NCBI RefSeq assembly: GCF_030684315.1 | Contig: NC_081394.1 | Span: 4,806,163 to 4,870,162, forward strand | DNA length: 64,000 nucleotides | Direction: 5' to 3' | Source of the DNA: Stegostoma tigrinum | Taxonomy: Eukaryota | In this document: piece after piece, positions 49,801-61,900 of the stretch | Layout of the letters: each line of letters opens with the position of its first letter | How positions within the stretch are numbered: position 1 is the stretch's first letter | Position numbers and translations under genes: made by a program | Notes under the pieces: model-generated | What the model saw: the letters and a program-made list of their open reading frames with translations, nothing else | Database searches by the model: none | Told to the model about the DNA's origin: nothing

Positions 49801-52800
49801 GTTCCTCCAGCCCCGCACTGTGTCCCTCCAGCCCCACAGTGTTCCTCCAGCCCCACACTGTGTTCCTCCAGCCCCGCACTGTGTCCCTCCAGCTCCTCAC
49901 TGTGTTCCCCCAGCCCCACACTGTGTTCCTCCAGCTCCACACTGTGTTCCTCCAGCTCCACACTGTGTTCCTCCAACCGCCCCCACACTGTGTTCCTCCA
50001 GCTCCCCACTGTGTTCCTGCAGCCCCACACTTAAGTCACTCCAGCCCCACACTTAAGTCACTCCAGCTCCCACACTGTGTTCCTCCAGCCCCACACTGTG
50101 TTCCTCCAGGTCCACACTGTGTCCTCTTTAAAGTCACCTCTCAGTCTCTGACACTCCAGGGAAAATGGCCCCAGCCCATCCAGCCTGTCCCTGTAGCTCA
50201 AACCCTCCAACCCTGGCAACATCTCTGTAAATCTTTATCAGACTGATTCCTGTGATGTAAAGACAGATGGATCCGTTCGGACTATATCCACTGGCATTTA
50301 GAAGAATAAAAGGGGTTTATCTCAAAAAAGCTTATAAAATTCTAAGAGGGTCAGACAGGGTAAACACAGGAAGGATATTCTTGATGACTGAGGGAGACCA
50401 GAGTCTCCTGGGGGTCAGGGAGGGGTGGCAAAGTCTATGGGATAGGATTGAGATGAGGGTTAATGCCTTAACTCGGAGAGTGTGGAATTCTCTGTCACGA
50501 ACAGCGAAACATTGAATGTTTGCAAAAAGGAGTTGGATATAGTCCTTGGGACGAACGGGATCGGAGGGTGGGGGGGGAGTAAAAGCAGGAACGGGGACGG
50601 TCAAGTTGAAGGCTCAAAGGGCTGAATGGCCTCCTCCGTTTTCCCGTGTCGCTGCGCGCGTTGCTTCACCTCATCGTGGTCATTCGCTGACTGCTCTGTT
50701 CACCCTTCAGGCACAGAGGCGCCCCCTGTATTGGGGATGATCGGTGAGCGGGTCACCTTGCCATGCAGGTACGAAGAGGGCAGGAGATGGCAAGTGTCTG
50801 ACCTCCGCATCCTCTGGCAGACAGCGACGGATCTGGTGGTCCACGCACAGTACGGGGTGATCGAGGAGAACAATGCCCAGGATAGCAGGTACAGGAACCG
50901 GACCAGCCTGCTGGTGGAACAGATCAGTAAGGGAGACCTCTCGTTGCAGCTTGATGCAGTGAATGCCGCCGATGGAGGGAGTTACCAATGTATCGTCTTA
51001 AAGAAAGGATTAACAAGATTTCGCAAGGTCAAGGCAAGTCACGTCAGCCTCATCACAGCAGGTAAACACCCCAACCCCCGGAGAGCCCATATTTAATCAT
51101 TTTCATTTCTGCTCCCTCCTCTGCAACATGCTCAAACTCAGGCTGCCTCTAAACTCCATACATCTCTCATGCTAATACCACTCCACTACGGACCCTCCAA
51201 CAGTGCACACTCCCTCAGCACTGACCCTCTGACAGTGCCCGCTCCCTCAGCACTGACCCTCCGACAGTGCACACTCCCTCAGCAGTGACCCTCTGACAGT
51301 GCCCGCTCCCTCAGCACTGACCCTCCGACAGTGCACACTCCCTCAGCACTGACCCTCTGACAGTGACTGCTCCCTCAGCACTGACCCTCCAACAGTGCGG
51401 CGCTCCCTCAGCACTGACCAACCAACAGTGCCTGCTCCCTCAGCACTGACCCTCCGACAGTGCCAGCTCCCTCAGCACTGACCCTCCGACAGTGCCTGCT
51501 CCCTCAGCACTGACCCTCCGACAGTGCCTGCTCCCTCAGCACTGACCCTCCGACAGTGCCCACTCCCTCAGCACTGACCCTCCGACAGTGCCCACTCCCT
51601 CAGCACTGACCCTCCGACAGTGCCCATTCCCTCAGCGCTGACCGTGTGTGTGCAGCATAAATTGCATTGTGTCAACCTTGTGTCTTGCCTTCCTGTAGCC
51701 AATTACAGTTTGCCGGTGATATCTGGGCCAGCGCAGGGTGAGATTGGCCTGGGAGAGGAGGTGAACCTCACCTGCAGTTCCTTCGGAGGCTACCCAGCGC
51801 CGGCCGTGTCTTGGGTTGACTGTGATGGCCGGACCCTGCCAGAGGATGCCCATGTGGACACGTTCTCCTCCGAACCAGGCAGTGGGCTCTACAACGTCAC
51901 CAGCGTCCTCCAGATCACGGCAACGAGGAATACCAGTCTCTCTTGTGCCATCTTTAACAAGAGCACCCAAGAAAGGAAGACGTCGTTCCCTTGGAAATGT
52001 AATTTGGAATCTGGCATTTGTTCAGGTCAACTTGGGAGTTTCTGCAACCCCTCTCCAAAAACTCCATTTCCAGTGACCCCCCGTCCCTCATCCTCTCAGA
52101 CCCTGTCGTCACTTCCCCTACCCCTCTCCCGCCCTGACTTCCCCTCGCTAGCAATCCATGAGCAGCACAATGCCCACCCCACCCACCCCCTCGGAACAAA
52201 ACTTTCATTCTTCACCATTTTCAAATCTCTCCCCACCCGCGGGACCTCAATGCTCTCCCACCTGTATCTCTCACCCCCTCTCCAGTGCCTCGGATTGTTG
52301 TGGGTGGGGGGTAGCGTGGGATCACAGCCCAGGAAGGAAGTTGAGGGTGAGAATCTCCCACAAATAGCTCCAGGATGATGAAGGCTAGGGTCCTCATGTT
52401 GGAAAGTGTGACAACCCTGAGATTTCGTGTCGCATACGTAGTATAGATGTGTCGGGCCAAATGGCCTCTCTGTCTGATACAACTTTATCAAACCTTCCCT
52501 ATCCGTGTAATCCCCTCCCCCCTCCCTATAAACCCCTCCATCCCTTCCCTATCTCTGTAACCCTCTCCAGCCCCTACACCTCCTCCCGATCTCTGTAACC
52601 CCCTCCATCCCCTCCCTATCTCTGTAATGTCCTCCAGCCCCTACACCCCCTCCCTATCTCTGTAACCCTCTCCAGCCCCTACATCTCCTCCCTATCTCTG
52701 TAACCCCCTCCAGCCCCTACACCCCCTCCCTGTCTCTGTAACCCCCTCCAGCCCCTACACCTCCTCCTGATCTCTGTAACCCCCTCCAGCCCCTCCCTAT

Positions 52801-55800
52801 CTCTGTAACGTCCTCCAGCCCCTCCATCCCTTCCCTATCTCTGTAACCCTCTCCAGCCCCTACACCTCCTCCCGATCTCTGTAACCCCCTCCAGCCCCTA
52901 CACGCCCTCCCTATCTCTGTAACCTCCTCCAGCCCCTGCACCCCCTCCCTATCTCTGTAACCCCCCCTCCAGCCCCTACACCCCCTCCCTATCTCTGTAA
53001 CCTCCTCCAGCCCAGACACCCCCTCCCTATCTCTGTAACCTCCTCCAGCCCCTACACCCCCTCCCTATCTCTGTAACCTCCTCCAGCCCCTACACCCCCT
53101 CCCTGTCTCTGTAACCTCATCCTCAAAGGGGAGGTGATGAATTTTGGTATTATTGCTGAACTGTTCATCTGAATTCGAATCCTACCAGAGCAGATGGTGG
53201 AATTTGAATTCAATAAAATATGTGGATTTAAGAATCTAACATTGACCATGAATCCATTGTGGGAAAAGCCCATCTGAGTTCACTGATCATGGGAACTGCA
53301 GATGCTGGAGAATCCGAGGTAACAAAGTGTGAAGCTGGATGAACACAGCAGGTCAAGCAGCACCTCAGGAGCACAAAAGCTGACGTTTCGGGCCTAGATG
53401 AAGGGTCTAGGCCCGAAACGTCAGCTTTTGCGCTCCTAGGATGCTGCTGGGCCTGCTGTGTTCATCCAGCCCCACACTTTGTCATCTGAGTTCACTAATG
53501 TTTCCTGGGGAAGGAAAGTTCCATCTTTACTGGTCTGGCCTACACGTGACTCCAGACCCAAAGCCAGACGGTTGACCCTTCAACTGCCAATCAGAGATGA
53601 GCATTAAATGCTGACCTAGTCAATTAAAAAGATGAGAATCCCCAGACCCGTCGAACATCGCCAAATTCCCACTGGTCTGCCATTGGGGGCCGTGCGTTCA
53701 GCAGCCCGTGGTCCTGACCTCAGTAATTCCCTTCAGAAGCCTGTCCCATCTCCCTTCTCTCTCTTGCTGTTCCTCGAAGAGGCCAGCGTGCAACATCCCG
53801 CTCTGATCCCCCCCATTTCTCCCATCCCCTCGTGACACTCCATGCCGGAGCTCAGTCAGAAAATGGCTAGGAATGTTTCAGCTTTGCAGGAGAGAAATTG
53901 AAATTGTGTCTGTTGTGTGCATCTGAGCCCCTCGTAACGGAATTTGTTTTGATTTAGTTTTGCTGAAACCCATTCTGCATCACAATACCCCCACGAAATT
54001 CATCGGCGCCATAATAATTGCAGTGCTAATTATCTTTGCTGTCGGAATTGCGATCTATCTGTGGAGAAGGTCTCGCAATAATTACAGAGGTACGCACCTA
54101 CTCACGACTGTTTGGATGGGGAATAGAGCTGGCTTTCTCACGTTCCCTCCAGTATCATCTCGGTTCCATTGGGTTCTTGGGAAATTGGGGCGTCGGTAGG
54201 CCATTCAGCCCATCGGGTTCTCCTGTATCATTCAACAAGATCACAGCTGATCCACCGCTCCCCGACACAATCCCCGTCCTCCGCAGATATTGCTAATTGC
54301 TAGAAACCTCTCCCTCCCTGTCTCTGGAATGACTCAGCGATGCAGCCGTAGTCAGTTCAGTCCGAAATGACCTGACCCTGCTCCTGGTAGCTGTGTTCCC
54401 CCGCCCCGGTTCTAGATGCACTCACAGGGACGAACAGTCACCTCCTGCCTGGGGCTCTGGGGAACTTGAACTCTGCTACATTTGGAGTTGAGAGCTCGCT
54501 TCAGAAATGGTGCCTGAGTGGCATCAGGCTCATTGAAGGCCACAGGGAGGGGGATACCTGCTGCCCTTGTCCTTCTAGATGGAAGCCCTTCAGTACGACT
54601 GTAATTCCTTCCCCAACAGCATGGCAGGTTTGGAATCTGCTGTCTTTGTATCTTTGGTGAATTTCTGCAGAGCATCTTGTAGCTGGTACACACTGCTGCT
54701 ACTGAGCGTCAGTGGGAGGAAGGGAGTGGGATGTTTGTGGATGTGGTGCCAATCGAGCCGGGGCTGCTTTGTCCTGGATGGTGTCGAGCTTCTTGTGTGT
54801 TGTCGGGGCTGCCCCCAGCCAGGGGCAAGTGGGGAGTATTCCATCGCACTCCTGACTTGTGCCTTGTCGATGGGGGGACAGGCCTTGGGGGAGGGAGTGA
54901 AGATCCCTAGTCTCTAACCTGCTCTTGTGCTGAAAGTGACTTTAAGATGTATATTTTATCTGATAGATCAAAACAGGTTTTGCAGTTTCTCATCTGAAAT
55001 GCGAGTATGTTTCTTGTCGTTTGCAGTTGCCAGAGTCACGGATGCCTTCGTCAATCATGATTCCGCAGTGAACTGGCCCAATCGTAAGTCACATGTGGGA
55101 ATGGTTTTGGTTGTGTTTGGGCAACATGGCCCTGGGCGGGAGGTCCTAGAATGGTACAGTGTGCCGAAAACGCACACAGATCGGGAATATTGCAGGCCAG
55201 TTTGCTGCCCATGTGGAAATTCCAAAGAGATGTTGCTTGGGATATCGATGGTTGCAAATGTCAGGTAGCCTGGGGTCTGGATAAGTAGTGAAGACAGCTA
55301 ACCAGCAGGGGTCAACAGAGATTTATCCAAGGGTCACAGACCAGATAACAGTCATGAACAGATGACTGCAAATAATCAATAAGGTTCATACCATTCTGGT
55401 CTTCATTTGAAGACAAGAACACAAAGGAGTTCTTTTTAATTCATGAACAGAATGAGGGCGTCGCTGGCTAGGCCAGCATTTATTGCCCATCCCTAATTAC
55501 CCAGAGGGTAGTTCAGAGTCGACCACATTGCTGTGGGACTGGAGTCACATGTAGGCCAGACCAGGTAAGGATGGCAGTTTCCTTCCCTAAAGGACATTAG
55601 TGAACCAGATGGGTTTTTCCAAAAATCGACAATGGATTCATGGTCATCATTAGCCTCTTAATTCCAGGGTTTTTTAAAAAATTGAATTCAAAGTCCACCA
55701 TCTGCCATGGCAGGATTCCATTCTGGGTCCCCAGAACATTACCTGGGTCACTGGAATAACAGTCCAGCCAGAGTTGTGAGAGCATGGAATGCGTTGCCAG

Positions 55801-58800
55801 CAGCAGTTGTGGAAGCAAGGTCATTGGGGTCATTTAAGAGACTGCTGGACATGCATATGGTCACAGAAATTTGAGGGTGCATCCATGAGGATCAATGGTC
55901 GGCACAACATTGTGGGCTGAAGGGCCTGTTCTGTGCTGTACTGTTCTATGTTCTATAATATCATGAGGCCCTGATGCTTCCCTCTGGTTGTTGTGCTCCA
56001 GTTGTACAGATCCCTGGTTAGATAGAGTCATGGAAACAGGATCTTCGGCCCAACTCGTCCATGCCGAGCAAGTTTCCCAAACTAAACCAGTCCCCTTTAC
56101 CAGCCTTTGGTCCGTATCCCTCCAAACCTTTCCTGTTCATGTACAAGTCCAAATGTCTTTTGGCTAACAAGGTGTAGAGCTGGATAAACACAGCAGGCCA
56201 AGCGGCATCTTAGGAGCAGGAAGGCCCAGACCCATCATCAGAAATGGATAGATGTTGTAATTGAACCTGGATCCATCACTTCCTCTGGCAGTTCATTCCA
56301 CAAATGAAACACCCATCCCTGTGAAAAGTTTGCCCCTCTTTTAAATCTTCCTCCTCTCACCTTAAAAATATGCCCTCTGGTTTTGAACTCCCCCCTTCTG
56401 GGAGAAGAGATCTTTACCGTTCACCCTATCCATGATTTTGAAAATCTCCATAAGGTGACCCCTCAACCTCGTACACTCCAGTGGAAGAGAGTCCCAGCCT
56501 ATCCAGCCTCTCCTTATAACTCTAGTCTCAGCAACGTCCTGGTCAATCTTTGTTGAACTCTCTCCAGCTTCATAATATCCTTCCTATAACAGGGCAACCA
56601 GAACCACACATAGTGCTCCAGAAGAGTCCTTATCAATGTCCTACACAACCTCAACATGATGTCCCAACTCCGATAACTCGAAGGTCCCAGCAATGAAGAC
56701 AAGAGTGCTAACTGTTTCCTTAACCATCCAGTCTCTCTGTGAGAAAGGGGAGCAGGGAGAGGGCTGCTCGCACTGCACCTATTTCCTTGAAGTTCCCGTC
56801 CCATGTAGATGGGGTGGTTAAAAAGGCGATTAGTACACGCACCTTCGCTGTGTTGAGTATAGGAGCTGGGACATCATTGCAGAGGTTGTACAGGATGTTA
56901 GTGAGGCCTCTTCTGGAGGACTGTGTTCAGTTCTGGCTACAGGAAGGAACGAATTAAACTGGAACTGGGATTGTTTTCCACTGGAGCGTAGGTGGTTGAG
57001 AGGTGACTTTATGAAGGTTTATAAAATTGTGAGGGGCATAGATAAAGTGAATGACAGGAGTCTTTTTCCGAGGTTTGGCGGGGGGGGGGTATTTCAAGGC
57101 TTAAGTAGCGTGTTTTTAAGGTGAAAGGAGAAAGGTTTTAAAAAAGGACATGATGAGCAACGTTTTTAACACAGAGAGAGAGTCAGGTGCAGAATGAACA
57201 GCCAGACAAAGTGGTAAATGTGGGTACAGTTACAGCATTTAAAAGATATTTGCACAAATACGTGAATAGTAAAGGTTTGGAGGGATACAGGCCAGGAGCA
57301 GGCAGGTGAGACTAGTTTGGTTTGAGATTATGTTGGACTGGTGAGACTGAAGGGTCTGTTTCCATGCTGTATAACTCGATGTAACTTAGGTTTAGCCCTT
57401 AATAAGATGCTGCAATACTGTTTGGAATGTGGGATTAGTGATGGAACCATGTGAAAGTGCCAACCAGCTGAAGCCCAGGCGGACTTCAAACAGGCTACAA
57501 TTAGCTTTATCATCAGCAAATGTGGATGCATTGAGCTGCCTCCCGCTGGGAGATACACCACCGATGGACCAGCACTGGAAGAGATTGTAATGGTTTTAAA
57601 TTTTCTGTCATCCTTCCACTCACAGCTGACAATACTAGACTTTAGACGCAGGAAGATCCGATCCTGGCAAAACTGAATCAGCTGGTGATCGTGGAGAAAC
57701 CAAAGGGCCATCACAACCAGAACTGAGACATTTTTGGATGCAGAGAGACACCAGAGGCAGATTATTATGGGGAGCAAGAGTGGTTGTCCCGAGCAAAGGA
57801 CACTACCAGATACTGGCTGAACTCCACCAGGGTCATCCAGGGGTCTCCACAATGAAGATTTATGTCCATTGGCCAGGACTGGATGGTGACATAGCCGCTT
57901 TGGTGGGGCAGTGCCCAGAGTGCCATCAAGGACAGACATTACTGGCAGCAGCTGCCCCGCACTTGTAGGAATAGACCCGGGACTCAGCTACACATTGTGC
58001 ATGCAGGTCCATTCCTGGGCTCAACATTCCTGGTCATCGTGGGCACCCACTCAAAGTGGCTGGATGCACCTGGAGTTCTTTTGTCAAACGCGGGGTTCAG
58101 GATGGAAAAACTGCATCGATCTTTTGCAACATGTGGATTTCCGGAAGGGTCGGTCACAGCTAATGGGCCAAGCAGAGAATTTGAGTATTTCCTCAAATTG
58201 AATGGCATTTCAACAAACAAGGACAGCTCCATACCCATCCATCGCCCAGTGGTCTGGTGGAAAGAGAAGCCCTAACTTTGAAGGTCTGACTTAAAGAAAC
58301 AACCCACGGCTTCGCTCGATACCGAAGTGCAGCCACAGGGATAGCCTCTAGCAGAGTTACTGATGTGGAGAAGGTTCTGTAGCAGGTTACACCTGTTCCA
58401 CAGGGAGGGTAAAACAGCATCAGGAACGCTAATCTTGAACAAAAGGCTAAGCGAGAGAGACAGTTTACTTCGGCGGGGGGGGGGCAACAGGAGTGGCCCT
58501 GCGTGGGTAAGAAACCTGGTCAACATCAGCTCAGGTCTGGTGATGTACAAGTTCAAGATGGGTGCGACAGTCCTGCACAAGCAGCCAGACACGTACCAAA
58601 GCTAAAAACTTGCAAACGGTGCAGGTGCAAAACCTGTACCTGGCCCCTCAGAACGGCTCTTGGAACCTGTAGGTTCACCCTCTCTTCCAAGTGTTGAGAA
58701 ACCTCAGAGGGTGAGATGGGCACCGCAGATGTCATAGCGTCAAAGCCTTTACCACCAGAAGGAGGAGAATTGATGCTGTAGTTGGTTGGCTCTCCATTGA

Positions 58801-58929
58801 GTTCACCAACATTTCATTACCCGGCTGGGTAACATCTGTGCAGCCTCAAATGAAGCGCTGTTGTGCTTTCTTGCCTGGTATTTAAACTCCATTGGATTCA
58901 ATCACCTATTTCTGGTGTCCTTTGCAGTG

Positions 58930-58962
<33 letters not shown>

Positions 58963-61900
58963 GGTCTAGTTCTATGTGGTTGTTGACGGCCTTCTAGGTG
59001 GAGAACCAGGCCTCTAGGAGTTCCCATGCTTGTCTCTGTTTGGCCTGCCCTAGGATCCTGGAGTTGTCCCAATCAAACTGGTGGTTCTCCTTATCCATGT
59101 GAATGGAGATGAGTGAGTACTGGCCATGTCTTTTTGTTGCCAACTGATGTTCATGTATTCCTACGGCCAGCTTCCTTCCTATCTGTCCAATGTAATGTTT
59201 ATCAGAGTCTTTGCACGGAGATGTGACCCAGCAGGGTAATGAAACATCAGCAAACTAACAAACCAGCTCGGTGAGCCGACCAGCCACAGCATCCACAACC
59301 GAAGCCCCAAATCTACTCAAAAATTTCAGAACAGAATGAATTTCTTCTGAGTTCTTCTGGGGACAAGAGGTGAGCTATGGTCTGGTATACCTTCCCAGTA
59401 TCTGTGTCTGAGTCGGACACACTGGATCCGGCGCGGAAATGCCCCAAGAGTGGCCACGAGATAAAGAACAGGGGGAGGGATGTAGCAATTGTAACAGGTT
59501 CAACCTGGCGGCTCTCATAGAATATGAGATCCCTGAATGGGGCTGTTCATCTGGTCCAATTGTGGAGCCCTGGCTGTGGAGCAGTGATCTATCTGAGAAA
59601 GTCCAGCAATAATTACAGAGGAACGCACCTACTCACTGCTGTTTGGATGGGTAGTAGAGCTGACTTTCTCACGTTCCTGCCAGTATGATCTCGGTTCCAT
59701 TGGGTTCTTGGGAAATTGGGGCGTCGGTAGGTCATTCAGCCCATCGGGTTCTCCTGCACCATTCAACAAGATCACAGCTGATTCACTGCTCAACGCCACT
59801 TCCCCACACTGTACCCATCTTCCGCGGATATTGCTAATTGGTGGAAGCCTCTCCCTCCGTCTCTGAAATGACTCAGCGATGTAGCCGTCCTCAGTTCAGT
59901 CCGAAATGACCTGACCCTGCTCCTGGTAGCTGTGTTCCCCCCCCCCTCCCCCACCCTGATTCTAGATGTACTCACGGGGACAAACATTCACCCTCTGCCT
60001 GGGGCTCTGGGGAACTTGAATTCTGCTACATTTGGAGTTGAGAGCTCACCTCAGAAATGGTGCCTGAGTGGCATCAGGCTCATCGAAGGCCACAGGGAGG
60101 GGGATACCTGCTGCCCTTGTCCTTCTAGATGAAAGCCCTTCAGTACAACTGTAATTCCTTCCCCAACAGCATGGCAGGTTTGGAATCTGCTGTCTTTGTA
60201 TCTTTGGTGAATTTCCACAGGGCACAGGTCATCTTGTATATGGTACACACTGCTGCGACTGAGTGTCGGGGGGTGGGGGAGAGTGGGATGTTTATGGATG
60301 TGGTGCCAATCGAGCGGGGGCTGCTTTGTTCTGGATGGTGTTGAGCTTCTTGAGTGTTGTCGGGGCTGCCCCCATCCAGGGGCAAGTGGGGAGTATTCCA
60401 TCACACTCCTGACTTGTGCCTTGGGGATGGTGGGACAGGCTTTGGGGAGTCATGAGGGGAGATACTCGCTGCAGGATTCCCAGCCCCTGGCCTGCTCTTG
60501 TGGTAAAGTGATGTGTGCATATTTTACCTGTTAGATCAAAGTAGGTTTTGCAGTTTCTCGTCTGAAACGGGTTTCTTGTCATTTGCAGGGACCCGAAATT
60601 CCGACGTGTCCCTCGATCACAAATTCCCAGAGGCCATGCCCAATGGTAAGTCACCGCGGAGATGGTACTGGGTTTGCATTTTGTTTGGAGAATGTGGCAC
60701 TGAGCAGGAAACCCTGGCATACAGAGCTGCCTGGTGCAGTGTGCCAACAAACACACAGATATTGCGAGCCACATGGATGGAGATGTGAAATTACAAGGAG
60801 ATATATGCATCGGCAGATTTAGACTATCAGAGGTTCTACTCACTCTGAGAGCTGGGAGGTATTACACACCTTTAAAAAGAGCTTGACTGGGTGAAAGGTT
60901 ACTGACCTCTGTGGAGCTATTTCAGATAGGGAGGCACTTTTTCCTTTAGAAGAGGGCTCAGGGGACATAGATGTAAGGAATGCAACAGAAACCTGAGAGG
61001 ACAGCTGTGTCCTTGAATCATAGTCATAGAGCCAAACAGCATGGAAACAGATCCCCCAGTCCAACTTGTCCACAACGACCAGATAACCTAAATAAATCTA
61101 GTCCCGTTTGACAGCATTTCGCCGATATCACTCCTAACCCCAGCCACTCACATACCCATCCAGGTGCCCTGTTAAATATTGTAACTGTACCAGCCTCCAC
61201 CACCTTCTCTGGCAGCTCATTCCATACACTCACCACCCTCTGCATTACTTTTAATGCGGCTGCCCCTTCAGTTCCTTTAAAATTTTTCCTGTCACCCTAA
61301 ACTCACCCCCTCTAGTTTTGGGCTCCCCCACCCTGGGGAAAAGATCTTGGCTATTCGTCCTCTCCATGCCCCTCATGATTTTATCAATCTCTATCAGGTC
61401 ACCTCTCAGCCTCTGCAAATAACCTCTCCCTGTAGCTCGAACCCTCCAACTCTGGCAACATCCTTGTAAATCTTTTCTGAACACTTTCAAGTTTCACAAC
61501 ATCCTTCCTGTAGCAGGGAAACCAGAACTGAACTCAGTATTCCAAACGTGACCATAACCAATGTCCTGTACAGCTGCAACTTGGCCTCCCAACTCTTACA
61601 CTCAATACAATGTCCAACAAAGACAAGCAAACTATACACTTTCTTCAATATTCTATCTACCTGGGGCTGTGGAGAAATTTTTCACCCAGAAGGTTGTGGT
61701 CACTGTCCAAAAAGTCTTGTTAGATCAGAAACTCTTGTAATGTTTCAGCAGTATTTTTTATTGAGATATTCACTTGGGAGCCTCTAGGGCTTCATGCCAA
61801 GAGCTGGAGAATGGAATGAGTGTAGTCAGGAACAGCCATGGTGGGCTGAATGGCCTCATTGTATGCTGTGAAATGACAACATGTCAGTCTACAACAAAAA

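Noticed and set aside
51620-52378. ORF-track starts and ends for the IgC (and IgV 50626-51096) ORFs as standalone genes
   Set aside because: The extensions are intronic read-through; true boundaries are set by splice sites at 50711/51061 and 51699/51998.
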